From an uncultured delta proteobacterium (GTDB taxonomy: Bacteria > Myxococcota_A > Polyangia > Haliangiales > Haliangiaceae): DNA of 64,000 nt. This document shows, piece by piece, positions 9,436 through 19,939 of this stretch (position 1 is the stretch's first letter; the number at the start of each line of letters is the position of its first letter). The DNA lies in assembly GCA_963848295.1 (NCBI GenBank), contig CAWKDB010000010.1:3616001-3680000 (forward strand). The letters are read 5' to 3'. The notes beneath the pieces were generated by a model that did no database searches, was not told the origin of the DNA, and saw only the letters and a list, made by a program, of their open reading frames with translations. The translations under genes and the position numbers were made by a program.

Positions 9436-10002
9436 TCACGCGCGGACAGTTCTCCCGGCGGTGACCCATCCCGTGATCCCACCGGCGATCAGGCCGACGA
9501 CGACCCCGGCGGCGCCGCCGAGTCCGGTCGTGCCGCAGCCGAGCAAGCCGGTGAGCGCTGCGCTCGCGATCGCCGCGGCGCCGAACGTGCGCGGGCGCGG
9601 ATCGTGAACGGCGAATTGCCCGACGAACGCGCCGACCAACGAGCTCGTGCCGAAGCACACGATCATGCACAGCCACGTCGGGTTCGATGCGCAGGTCTCG
9701 CACGCCGGCCCGAGCGTGCCGTGACTCGCGGCGAACACGAGCGCGGGCGCGACGAGCGGCGGCAGGCCGGCGATCACACCGGCGAGCGCGCCGCGTCGGG
9801 CGGCACCGCCGCGCCAACCGAGCGCCGCGAGCGTCGCACCTAGCACGGCGACGAGCGGCCAGGTCGCGCTCGACGTGCGATGCAACGCGAATGCGATCAC
9901 GGCGAGCGCCGCGGCGATCGCGAGCCCGCGGACGGCAGAGCGGACGTGCGCGCGTTCGTACGCGGACCGCGCGCGGGAGAGAGCGAGCTCAGAGCGTGCC
10001 AT
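9436..10002 (-). CDS. Multi-pass membrane protein, probable anti-sigma factor
   Basis: About six hydrophobic segments with CETC and LCMIVC; overlaps the stop of the ECF sigma gene. Confidence 0.7.
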   Translation of the reverse strand: MARSELALSRARSAYERAHVRSAVRGLAIAAALAVIAFALHRTSSATWPLVAVLGATLAALGWRGGAARRGALAGVIAGLPPLVAPALVFAASHGTLGPACETCASNPTWLCMIVCFGTSSLVGAFVGQFAVHDPRPRTFGAAAIASAALTGLLGCGTTGLGGAAGVVVGLIAGGITGWVTAGRTVRA

Positions 10003-10579
10003 GGCGTGACCTCCACGACGTGCGAAGTCGCGCGAGCGCGCGTTCGAGTCGCTTGCGAAACGTGGCGGGCGCGAGCGAGCGGCGCAGCTCGTCGTCGTCG
10101 CCGATCACCGCGAAGATGATCTCGCGATCGTGCGGCGCGAGCGTGTCGAGAGTAGCCAACGCCGCGCGCACGAGCTCGTGTTCTTCGGCGAGCGCCGCGC
10201 CATCGATGGCCGGGACCTGCGCCCGGTCGGCAGCGCCGCCGAAGGGCAGCGCGGTTGGATCGACCGAGCCGGCGTCGACCGCGGCTGCGAGCTGTTCGCC
10301 GCGGCGCTGCGTGCGCCGCCGCGCCGTGCGCGCTTGCCACGTCGCGATCGCGAACGCCCAGGTCAGCGCATCGCGCTCGCGGTCGAAGCGATCGAGCTGA
10401 CCGAACAACCGGACGACCGTCTCCTGCGCGCAGTCCTCGGCGAGGCTCCCGTCGCCGACGAGTCGCGTCGAGTATGCGACGAGCAGCGGCCACAGCGCAT
10501 GAAATAGCGGATCGATCGCAGCGCGGTCGCCATCGGCGGCCGCGATGAGCAAGCGCTGTAGCTCGGCGCGATCGATCAC
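9989..10579 (-). CDS. ECF sigma-70 factor carrying a 19-aa in-frame repeat insertion
   Basis: LAEDCAQET and TWAFAIA (region 2); TFRKRLERALARLR (region 4); the insert VDPTALPFGGAADRAQVPA lies between them. Confidence 0.88.
   Translation of the reverse strand: MIDRAELQRLLIAAADGDRAAIDPLFHALWPLLVAYSTRLVGDGSLAEDCAQETVVRLFGQLDRFDRERDALTWAFAIATWQARTARRRTQRRGEQLAAAVDAGSVDPTALPFGGAADRAQVPAIDGAALAEEHELVRAALATLDTLAPHDREIIFAVIGDDDELRRSLAPATFRKRLERALARLRTSWRSRHGTL
10204..10264. repeat. Family A 57-bp double-hairpin intragenic element, copy 1
   Basis: cgatggccgggacctgcgcccggtcggcagcgccgccgaagggcagcgcggttggatcgac; ATCGA repeated at 57-nt offset (10202 and 10259). Confidence 0.92.
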
Positions 10580-10588
10580 GTCACGGTA

Positions 10589-10735
10589 TCAGTGATGGTT
10601 GCACAGCGGGCAGTGCGCGCAATCCGGGCAATTCGGGCAACACGACCCCGAGCACGGCGTGCTGCGCTTTGCCGCATACGCGGCGACCGGGACGAGCAAG
10701 AAGGCAGCGACGGCGATTCGACGGATGTGCTTCAC
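10589..10735 (-). CDS. 48-aa secreted Cys/His-rich metallothionein-like peptide (absent from the ORF track)
   Basis: GTG start; MKHIRRIAVAAFLLVPVAAYA-AKRSTPCSGSCCPNCPDCAHCPLCNHH*; fills the gap between copZ and the sigma gene on the same strand. Confidence 0.8.
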   Translation of the reverse strand: MKHIRRIAVAAFLLVPVAAYAAKRSTPCSGSCCPNCPDCAHCPLCNHH

Positions 10736-10771
10736 ATCCGATATAGGCGCGAGCCAGGCGATCCGTGACCG

Positions 10772-10972
10772 CTAGCTCGCGGTGGCCGCATATCCGGCCG
10801 CTTCGACCGCCGCGACCAGCTGTGCCGGGTCGGCCTCGCCGGTGACGGTCGCGCGGTGCTCCGCGAGGTCGACCTCGACCGCCGAGACGCCGGAGACCGC
10901 GCGCAGGGCTCGGTCGACGTGGCGCACGCAGTTGTTGCAGGTCATTCCCTCGATGCGCAACGTGGTAGTCAC
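10772..10972 (-). CDS. copZ: Heavy-metal-associated (HMA) copper chaperone
   Basis: 66 aa, IEGMTCNNC motif, ends AVEAAGY. Confidence 0.9.
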   Translation of the reverse strand: MTTTLRIEGMTCNNCVRHVDRALRAVSGVSAVEVDLAEHRATVTGEADPAQLVAAVEAAGYAATAS

Positions 10973-10992
10973 CTAAGGGACCGTAGCACCAC

Positions 10993-13158
10993 GTGGCAGA
11001 CGCGACGATCGATCTTCCAGTCTTGGGCATGACGTGCGCGGCGTGCGTGCGTCGGGTCGAACGCGCGGTCGCGGCGCTGCCCGGCGTCACGCGCGCCGAG
11101 GTCAACTTGCCGTTGTCGCGCGCGCGGGTCGAGCTCGACGCCGCGCAGGTCACGCCGCGCGCGCTCGCCGATGCGATCCGAGACGCCGGCTATGAGGTCC
11201 CGGCCGACGCGCTCGACGTCGCGGGCGAGCCGCGCGACGCCGGCGCGAAGCTCGCCGCGGTCGAGCGGGCCGAACGCGAAGAAGTCTCGACGCTGCGCCG
11301 CGATGCGGCGATCGCGCTCGCGCTCACCGTCCCGCTGTTCGCGATCGCGATGGTGTTGTCGCCGAGTCGCGCGACCGTCACCGCCGAGCTCGTGCTCGGG
11401 ACGATCGTCGTGCTCGGGCCGGGCCGCCGGTACTTTCGCGGCGGACTGGCGGCGGTGCGCCACGCGAGCCCGGACATGAACACGCTGATCGCGCTCGGCG
11501 CCGGTGCCGCGTGGGCGTCGTCGGTCGTCTTCGCGGCGCGCTGGCTCGCGGATCCGATCGGCGGACCGCCGCCGCTGTACTTCGAAGCGGGCGCCGCGAT
11601 CGTCGCGTTCGTGATGGTCGGCAAGCTGCTCGAAGCGCGCGCCCGCGCCTCGCTCTCGAGTGCGGTGCGCGGGCTCGTCACGCTCGCTCCGGCACGCGCG
11701 CGCAAGACATCGGGAGCCGAGGTCGATGCCGCGACGCTCGAGCCCGGTGACGAGATCTCGATCCGGCCGGGCGAGCGCCTGCCCGCCGATGGCACGGTGG
11801 TCTCCGGCACCTCGGCGATCGACGAGGCGATGCTCACCGGCGAGAGCTTGCCGGTCGACAAGACCGAAGGCTCTCCCGCGTACGCCGGCACGCTCAATTA
11901 TCACGGCGCCCTGGTCGTGCGGGTCGCGCGCGCCGGCGCGGCCACCGCGCTCGCCCGGATCGCGCGCGCGGTAGAGGATGCACAGGGTCGCAAGGCGCCG
12001 ATCGCGCGGCTCGCCGATCGCGTGTCCGCGTACTTCGTCCCGGCCGTGCTCGCGATCGCGGCGCTGACGTTCGCGGGCTGGATGATCGGCGGCGCGACCG
12101 CCGGCACCGCGCTCGGTCGGATGATCGCGGTGCTCGTGATCGCCTGCCCGTGCGCGCTCGGGCTCGCGACGCCCGCCGCGGTCGCGGTCGCGACGTCGCG
12201 CGGCGCCCAGCTCGGCGTGTTGTTCAAGGGCGGCGATACGCTCGAGACCGCGAGTCGCGTCACCGTCGCGTGCCTCGACAAGACCGGCACGTTGACCGCC
12301 GGCAAGCCCGCGCTCGTCGGCGAGCCCGATCGCGACATGCTGCGGCTCGTCGCGTCGGCGGAACAAGCGAGCGAGCATCCGATCGCGCGTGCGATCGCGA
12401 TCGGAGCGACCGATCGCGGGCTCGTGCTCGAAGCGCCGGCGCAAGCGACGATCGAGCCGGGCGCCGGGATCTCGGCGACCGTCGCCGGCCACACGGTGCG
12501 AGTCGGCACGCTCGCGTTCGTCGGAGGAGCACCGCTCGCCGCCGCCGAGGCGCTCGCCGCGCAAGGCCGGACCGTGTCTTACGTGACCATCGATGGCGCG
12601 CCGGCGGGGTTCGTCGCGGTCGCCGATCCGCCGTCGGCCACGGCGCGCGACGCGATCGCAGCGCTGCGCACGCACGGGATCGAGCCGGTGATCGTCACCG
12701 GCGATGGCGCTGGCGCGGCGCAGTGGATCGCGAGCGAGCTCGGAGTCACGCGCGTCCACGCGAACGTGCAGCCGATCGGCAAAGCGAAGATCGTCGAAGC
12801 CGAGCGCGCGGCTGGCGCGGTGGTTGCCATGGTCGGCGATGGGATCAACGATGCGCCGGCACTCGCTGCCGCTGATCTCGGCATCGCGATCGGCTCGGGC
12901 GTCGATGTCGCCGCGGCAGCGGCAGATGTCACGCTGCTCGGCGGTGGCATCGCGGCATTGCCCATCGCTTTCGGGCTCGCGCGCCAGGCGCTGCACGTGA
13001 TCCGCCGTAACTTGGCCGCGGCGTTCGCGTACAACGTCGTGTGCATCCCGATCGCGGCCGCGGGCTTGCTGTCACCGGTCGTCGCAGGTGCGGCGATGTC
13101 GGTATCGAGTCTGTCGGTGCTCGCCTCGTCGCTGCGGTTGCGAAGCTGGCGACCGTAG
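10993..13158 (+). CDS. copA: Copper-translocating P1B-type ATPase
   Basis: N-terminal GMTCAAC, TGES, CPCALGLATP, DKTGT, SEHP, GDGIND, YN and MSVSS motifs. Confidence 0.95.
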   Translation: MADATIDLPVLGMTCAACVRRVERAVAALPGVTRAEVNLPLSRARVELDAAQVTPRALADAIRDAGYEVPADALDVAGEPRDAGAKLAAVERAEREEVSTLRRDAAIALALTVPLFAIAMVLSPSRATVTAELVLGTIVVLGPGRRYFRGGLAAVRHASPDMNTLIALGAGAAWASSVVFAARWLADPIGGPPPLYFEAGAAIVAFVMVGKLLEARARASLSSAVRGLVTLAPARARKTSGAEVDAATLEPGDEISIRPGERLPADGTVVSGTSAIDEAMLTGESLPVDKTEGSPAYAGTLNYHGALVVRVARAGAATALARIARAVEDAQGRKAPIARLADRVSAYFVPAVLAIAALTFAGWMIGGATAGTALGRMIAVLVIACPCALGLATPAAVAVATSRGAQLGVLFKGGDTLETASRVTVACLDKTGTLTAGKPALVGEPDRDMLRLVASAEQASEHPIARAIAIGATDRGLVLEAPAQATIEPGAGISATVAGHTVRVGTLAFVGGAPLAAAEALAAQGRTVSYVTIDGAPAGFVAVADPPSATARDAIAALRTHGIEPVIVTGDGAGAAQWIASELGVTRVHANVQPIGKAKIVEAERAAGAVVAMVGDGINDAPALAAADLGIAIGSGVDVAAAAADVTLLGGGIAALPIAFGLARQALHVIRRNLAAAFAYNVVCIPIAAAGLLSPVVAGAAMSVSSLSVLASSLRLRSWRP

Positions 13159-13182
13159 AGCGGGACGCGTAAGATGGTAGCA

Positions 13183-14322
13183 ATGCGGCGACTGGTCGTC
13201 GGTGCGGTGCTCGCGGGATGCAGCTTCACGGCTCCGCAGAGCCCGGCGCCGATCGCCGATGCACCGCCCGGCAGTCCCGATGCCGCGATCGACGCGCAAC
13301 AGCTGCAAGACGGCACGAACATCCCCGCGGACTGGTGGGATCCGGCCTGGACCCACCGCCGGCTGATCACGATCGACAACACGAGCGTCGCGACGTCGCT
13401 CACCGCGTTTCCCGTGCTGATCTCGCTGACCTCCGCGGGGTTCGACTATGCCGACACCCACGACAGCGGCGCCGACCTTCGGTTCATCGCGAGCGACCAT
13501 ACGACGGTGCTGGCGTACGACGTCGACACGTTCAACGGCGGCGGCACCTCGACGTTCTGGGTCGCGGTCGACATCCCGGCGTCGCCGAGCCCGAAGCCGA
13601 CGCTATGGCTGTACTACGACAACGCCGCCGCACCGCGCGCGACCGATGCGGCGACCGTGTGGTCGACCGAGGTCAGCGTCCATCACTTGACCGACTTCAC
13701 CGACGCGAGCGGCAACGGCCACGACGGCGCTGCCGCGTCGATGACCTCGACCCCGACCGCGGTCGGAGGCGAGATCGGCGGCGCGCGGTCGTGGGACGGC
13801 GTCAACGATCAAGTCCTGCTGCCGGCGTCGACCGCGTACGACTTCACGACGGCGATGTCGATGTCGCTGTGGACCCAAGTGAACGCATTTACCGCCGATC
13901 AGTGGGACTGCTTCATTTGCAAAGCGGACGGCGCCTGGCGAGTCCATCGCGGCAGCACGACCTCGCACGCCGACTTCGGGACGACCCAGGCGTCGGGCAA
14001 CGACAACCTCGACACCACCTCGAACGTCACCGGCGGAGCTTGGCATCACATCGCGGTCGAATACGACGGGACGAACAAGTCGATCTACTTCGACGGCGCG
14101 CTCGAGGCTTCGGAGGCGGCGATGACGATCCAGGTCACGAGCGACCCGGTCGATTTCGGCGAGAACACCGGCTCCGCCGACATGCGGTTTCTCACCGGCC
14201 TGATGGACGAGATCCGGATCTCGTCGAAGAAGCACGGCGCGGCGTGGTTCGCGGCCGAGTATCAGACCGTCGCCGACTCGACGTTCGCGACGCTCGGCGA
14301 CGATCAGGTCCTACCGCAGTGA
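13183..14322 (+). CDS. DUF2341-like plus LamG/concanavalin-like domain lipoprotein
   Basis: Lipobox VLAG-C; WWDPAWTHRR...GADLRF...LWLYYDN; WHHIAVEYDG...IYFDG...GLMDEIRIS. Confidence 0.85.
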   Translation: MRRLVVGAVLAGCSFTAPQSPAPIADAPPGSPDAAIDAQQLQDGTNIPADWWDPAWTHRRLITIDNTSVATSLTAFPVLISLTSAGFDYADTHDSGADLRFIASDHTTVLAYDVDTFNGGGTSTFWVAVDIPASPSPKPTLWLYYDNAAAPRATDAATVWSTEVSVHHLTDFTDASGNGHDGAAASMTSTPTAVGGEIGGARSWDGVNDQVLLPASTAYDFTTAMSMSLWTQVNAFTADQWDCFICKADGAWRVHRGSTTSHADFGTTQASGNDNLDTTSNVTGGAWHHIAVEYDGTNKSIYFDGALEASEAAMTIQVTSDPVDFGENTGSADMRFLTGLMDEIRISSKKHGAAWFAAEYQTVADSTFATLGDDQVLPQ

Positions 14323-16554
14323 CTACTGGCGCGGATCGTCACGACCGCCGCCGTTGCGATTGCGGTTGCCGCCGTAGCGATCCCACACGTTGACCGGTCC
14401 GCTCGGTGCCGTTGGCGTCGGGCCCGGGCCGATCGCGGGATGCGGGTTGTACGGCGTGGCCTTGCCGGGGATCTGCGCTTGGAACTCTCGCGGATCGCCG
14501 GACTCGGGTTGGACCAGCAAGCGCAGCGCGCCGCCGTGCTCGCTCAGCTGCGTGTACTCGTCGGTCGCGAGCTTCGCGAAGGCCGCGGCATCGGCGACCT
14601 CGCGACCGTCGATCGCGAGCACGACGTACTGCTCGGCGAGGCCGAGCTCCTGCAGCGGGCCGCGCTCGAGCCCGACGATGATCGCGCCGTGGTCGAGCTT
14701 CTGCGAACGCCACGCGAGCTCGGGGAACATCGTGACGACGGTCGCACCGAGCGCGTGCTCGGTAGCGGCGAAGCTCGCGATCAGCTGTTGCGCGGCGGCC
14801 GCGGGGAGCTCGACCTGCGCGAACGCGACGAACCGCCGGCCCTCGCGCGAGTCGTACGCTTCCCAGTAGCGCGCGCTGGGCGTGAGCCCCTTGAGCGCTT
14901 GCGCGACCGCGTGGCGGCCATCGCGGACCCCGCGGCGGGCTTGCGTGCTCTGTGGATCGCGTGCGAGCTCGGCGAGCGCGGCTTCGCGCGCCGGCATGTA
15001 GCTCGGCGGCACCGCGGCTTGCCACGCCTTGTCTTCGATCTGCCTGCCGAGCTCGAACGCGATCGCTTCGACCGCGGCCTCGCTCGCTTCGTCCTCGGCG
15101 TCGGCCTGGCTCGCGGAGATCGTCGAGACGCCGACGCACGTCGTCCCGCGGCACGAGCTCGTGCCGGGCGTGACCGTCGCTGGAATCCACGCTGGACGCG
15201 CTTCGCCTGCGCTGCGCGCGGCGACCGCACCGACGCCGAAAGGTCCGGGATCCGCGGGCGCGCGCGACTTGAGATACGCGACGACGCCGAACGCCGCGGC
15301 GACCGCCGCGATCGCCAGCAGGATGAACGGCAGCAGATTCGAGCGCGCATCCTCGGTCATCGGCCGCGGTGCCATCGTGATCCGCGGCAGGGACACGCGT
15401 TCGATCCGGCGCGCGCGCAGCTCGGCGATCGTCGCGGCGAGCGCATCGTCGATCGCCGGCTTCGGCAGCGCCGCGACCACCGTCATCACCGCTTCGCCCG
15501 CCGCGCACTGCATGACCGCCTTGCATTGTGGACAGTGGAGCTCGGGTGCGGTCGCGAACTTCAGCACCGCGTGGTGTTCGACGACCTCGATCAGCTGCGC
15601 GCTCGTCGTCGCGCACGAGGGACACGTGTACGGCAGCTCGAAGCTCGCGACCTGGACCTTCGCCCCGAGGTCGTCGCGGGTGCACAGCTTCTCGACGAAC
15701 TGCGGCGGCGCGCCGACGATGTACATCTGGTCGATCAGCGGCGTGACCTGATGGACGAGGTCGCGCCACTCGGCGGCACCGACCGGCTCGACCCGGCCGA
15801 TCGCGGCGGCGTCGATGATCACCGTGCCTTCGAGGCCTTCGGCGAGCTTCGTCCGCGGGAACGTCGAGTTGAGATCGCCGGCGAGCCTCAAGTACGTGAC
15901 CCGGCCCTCGATCATCTTGTCGACGCGCAGCTTGCCGCCGACCGCCGCGACTCGATAATCGAGCTTCGCCGCGAGGAACGCGGTGACGTCGGGTTGCAGC
16001 TCGAAGTAGCCCTGCGCCGCGATGTACGAGAAGAACGTCGCGCCGTCTTCGTCGAAGTACATGCTCTCTTTGCACGACAAGCACGGGCGCTCGTACAGCT
16101 TCATCGCCTTGATCGCTTCGATGTCGCGATCGGTCTGGAGCAACACGCGATGCTCGGAGTTGCAGTAGTCGCAGCGAAACGGTGCGTAGAACGAGAACAC
16201 GTTCGCCGCGCCCGCGAACCCTGCGACCATGTTCAGTTGGTCGACGATCTTCGGCGAGCACTCGATCAAGATGATCGACCGCGTGTGCTGGCCGGCGAGC
16301 GCGATGAAGTCGTTCCATTCGCGGATCCCGAAGGACGAGATCTTGTTGACGCCGCCGAGATCGAGGACGAGCGTCTCGCATTGCACCTGCGATGCGAGCT
16401 TCTTGCCGTCGAAGCTCTCCTCGACCGCGCCGGTCAGTTTCAGGCACGTGATCGCGGCATCGGCGAACTTGTCGATCGCGAGCTTCGGGATCGGATTTGG
16501 CTCGGAGCCGACGCGGGTCTTCGATGTGCGAACTGGCGGTGGAACGGTCGTCAT
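14323..16554 (-). CDS. Membrane protein: two STAS-like/zinc-ribbon repeats, one TM helix, extracytoplasmic domain with PDZ-like C-terminus
   Basis: LVLDLGGVNKISSFGIREW and VIIDAAAIGRVEPVGAAEW; CDYC..CLSC and CPSC..CPQC; TM LLPFILLAIAAVAAAFGVVAYL; LGLAEQYVVLAIDGREV. Confidence 0.75.
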   Translation of the reverse strand: MTTVPPPVRTSKTRVGSEPNPIPKLAIDKFADAAITCLKLTGAVEESFDGKKLASQVQCETLVLDLGGVNKISSFGIREWNDFIALAGQHTRSIILIECSPKIVDQLNMVAGFAGAANVFSFYAPFRCDYCNSEHRVLLQTDRDIEAIKAMKLYERPCLSCKESMYFDEDGATFFSYIAAQGYFELQPDVTAFLAAKLDYRVAAVGGKLRVDKMIEGRVTYLRLAGDLNSTFPRTKLAEGLEGTVIIDAAAIGRVEPVGAAEWRDLVHQVTPLIDQMYIVGAPPQFVEKLCTRDDLGAKVQVASFELPYTCPSCATTSAQLIEVVEHHAVLKFATAPELHCPQCKAVMQCAAGEAVMTVVAALPKPAIDDALAATIAELRARRIERVSLPRITMAPRPMTEDARSNLLPFILLAIAAVAAAFGVVAYLKSRAPADPGPFGVGAVAARSAGEARPAWIPATVTPGTSSCRGTTCVGVSTISASQADAEDEASEAAVEAIAFELGRQIEDKAWQAAVPPSYMPAREAALAELARDPQSTQARRGVRDGRHAVAQALKGLTPSARYWEAYDSREGRRFVAFAQVELPAAAAQQLIASFAATEHALGATVVTMFPELAWRSQKLDHGAIIVGLERGPLQELGLAEQYVVLAIDGREVADAAAFAKLATDEYTQLSEHGGALRLLVQPESGDPREFQAQIPGKATPYNPHPAIGPGPTPTAPSGPVNVWDRYGGNRNRNGGGRDDPRQ

Positions 16555-17498
16555 GCGGCGCTCCACACGTGTAGCGATTTAGCAGATGTCCGCAGCTCGC
16601 GCTGGTTGAGATCGAGCTCGACGAGCGCGGTGACCTCGGTGTAGCGCCCGCGCGCGATGTCGAAGAACAGCGCCGACGACGCGTTGTGGCACAGCGTGAG
16701 CCCGAGGCCGGCGCCGCCGTGGCTGCGATCGAGCTCGCCGCCGGCGAGGCCGCGGGTCAGCGCGTCGAGGATCCGCACCCGCTCGAGCCCACCGAACGGG
16801 TCGCGGACTTGCAGCGCGAGCCGGGTGCCGTCGGTGCCGAGCTTCACGGTCGGCCGCTCGGGCTCGGTCAGCATGATCGCCGCTTTGCGATCGCCGGCGT
16901 ACTTCGGTCTACCTCGGCCATCGACCGGCGCATCGTACATCGCGTTCATCAGCAGCTCGTGGGCGAGCTCGCCGACGAGCTCGACCGAGCGCTTCGGCAG
17001 CTGCAAGCCGGCGAGCCGGTCTTGAATCTTCGCGACCGCGGCATCGCGATCGGCGGTCGAGCGCGGCGCGAGCTCGAGCGGCGAGTAACCCCAGTCGAGA
17101 AACGCCGACAGCGGCGGCGCGGTCGGGTCGAGCAGCCGGCGCGCGACCATCAGGATCTCCCACGTGCGCGGCGGCGATTCGAAGTCGCGGCGGGCGAGCA
17201 CGTGGTCGATCCGGCCTTCGGTCATATGGCGGAGGCACCGGCGCAGCGGCTCGGCGGTCCACAGCACGCCGCGGAGCTTGGTGTGCGCGCGCACCTGGTC
17301 CGCGATGAAGTCGGCGTCGAACGCATCGCCGCACAGCACGTTCGCGGTGCGCAGCAGCGCCGGCACCTCCGACGGTTGCTCGACGTACTCGGCGGTCGCG
17401 CCGGCGGCGACGAACAAGCGCGCGATCTTGCGACCGACGAGCTTGTTGCGCTCGAGGATGACGGCGTGCAGACCCCCCAAACGCCTACAAAATACCAT
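16551..17498 (-). CDS. Degenerate receiver plus GHKL (RsbW/SpoIIAB-like) ATPase domain protein
   Basis: HELLMNAMYDA (N box), VRDPFGG (G1), GGAGLGL (G2); overlaps the start of the STAS gene. Exact start uncertain. Confidence 0.78.
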   Translation of the reverse strand: MVFCRRLGGLHAVILERNKLVGRKIARLFVAAGATAEYVEQPSEVPALLRTANVLCGDAFDADFIADQVRAHTKLRGVLWTAEPLRRCLRHMTEGRIDHVLARRDFESPPRTWEILMVARRLLDPTAPPLSAFLDWGYSPLELAPRSTADRDAAVAKIQDRLAGLQLPKRSVELVGELAHELLMNAMYDAPVDGRGRPKYAGDRKAAIMLTEPERPTVKLGTDGTRLALQVRDPFGGLERVRILDALTRGLAGGELDRSHGGAGLGLTLCHNASSALFFDIARGRYTEVTALVELDLNQRELRTSAKSLHVWSAA

Positions 17499-17546
17499 GG
17501 CGAGGGCCCTCGCTTGCGCTAGAGACCCGCGTGCTACGGTTTCGGG

Positions 17547-18704
17547 GTGAGGTGTGCGACACCGATGGCCGGGACCTGCGCCCGGCCAGCAGCACTGCCG
17601 AAGGGCAGTGCGGTTGGATCGATCGTCGCGCTGTTCGTCGGTGTGGCAACAGCGGCGGCGGACCCGGCGGGCGATCTCGTCCAGACCGTGCGGACGACGA
17701 GGTCGCGCGCCGCGCTATCGCAATTCCTCGTCGCGCGCGGCGAGAAGCTCGCGAAGGCGCACGACTACGCCCACGCGATCCCGATCTACGAGGCGCTCGC
17801 GCTCGCCCGCGGGCCGGCGAGCCCCGAGCAGAAGCAGCTCGCGCAGCTGTGGGCGGACGCGAAGCAGACGACCGACGCGGCCGACGCTTGGAGTGCGTTC
17901 GCGGCGGCGACCGCGGATCCCGACGAACGCGCGCGGGCTCAGGTCGAAGCGAAACGGCTCGCCGCCGCACCCGATCCCTACGCGGACAAGCTCGCGCTCG
18001 TCGGCGACGATGCCGACGCGAAGCGCGTGTTCGAGCTCGGCCGCACCGCGTTCCGCGCGAAGCACTTCGGCGATGCGCTCGTGTACTTCCATCTCGGCAG
18101 CGCGCTCGCACCCGATCTTCCCGGATTCTTGCGCGAGCTCGGCGCGACCTACGAGCAACTCGGCGCTTCGCCGCAGCGCCGCGAGTTCTACCGGCGCTAC
18201 CTCGTGCAACGGCCGTTCGGCGCGAACGCCGACGCGGTGCGCGCGGAGCTCGCGAAGGACAAGGACGCGCTCGGCACGCTGCTCGTGTCGTCGAGCCTGC
18301 CGTGCACCGAGATGTGGCTCAACGCCGAGCGGATCGTCGGCAAGCTGCCCGACAAGGGCCTGATCGTCGCGCCCGGCTCGTACAAGGGCCTGTGCTTCAA
18401 CCCGAAGTTCGAGATCGCGCTGTTCGAGTACGCGACGGTCGAGGCCGGCAAGTCGACGACGATGCAGTTCCAATGGGCGGTCGTCGTCAACCAGCTCGAG
18501 CACCCGCTCGGGCGGATCGCGCTCGAGAATCCCAAGGCAGCGGGCACGATGATCGATCTCGGGATCACGTCACCCGAGGTCGGTGTGGCGGTAGCGCCCG
18601 ATCGCCGGCGGCTCAAGATGGTGCTGAAAGACGATTCCGGGGTGCGCACCGAAGAGCGAATGGTGCAGATCGAGCCCGGACAGCGCTTGGTGGTTAAGTG
18701 GTAA
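17547..18704 (+). CDS. Secreted TPR-containing protein with PEGA-like C-terminal region; repeat inserted in its signal peptide
   Basis: TPR-like helices (AKRVFELGRTAFRAKHFGDALVYF, ELGATYEQLG...YRRYL); extended -10 TGCTACGGT 6 nt before GTG. Confidence 0.78.
   Translation: MRCATPMAGTCARPAALPKGSAVGSIVALFVGVATAAADPAGDLVQTVRTTRSRAALSQFLVARGEKLAKAHDYAHAIPIYEALALARGPASPEQKQLAQLWADAKQTTDAADAWSAFAAATADPDERARAQVEAKRLAAAPDPYADKLALVGDDADAKRVFELGRTAFRAKHFGDALVYFHLGSALAPDLPGFLRELGATYEQLGASPQRREFYRRYLVQRPFGANADAVRAELAKDKDALGTLLVSSSLPCTEMWLNAERIVGKLPDKGLIVAPGSYKGLCFNPKFEIALFEYATVEAGKSTTMQFQWAVVVNQLEHPLGRIALENPKAAGTMIDLGITSPEVGVAVAPDRRRLKMVLKDDSGVRTEERMVQIEPGQRLVVKW
17563..17623. repeat. Family A 57-bp double-hairpin intragenic element, copy 2
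   Basis: cgat-ggccgggacctgcgcccggccagcagcactgccgaagggcagtgcggttggat-cgat; both stems are perfect. Confidence 0.93.
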
Positions 18705-18716
18705 GGTCCCGGCCGC

Positions 18717-19913
<1,197 letters not shown>

Positions 19914-19939
19914 CCCGGATCCGGTACAGTAACCAAGTC

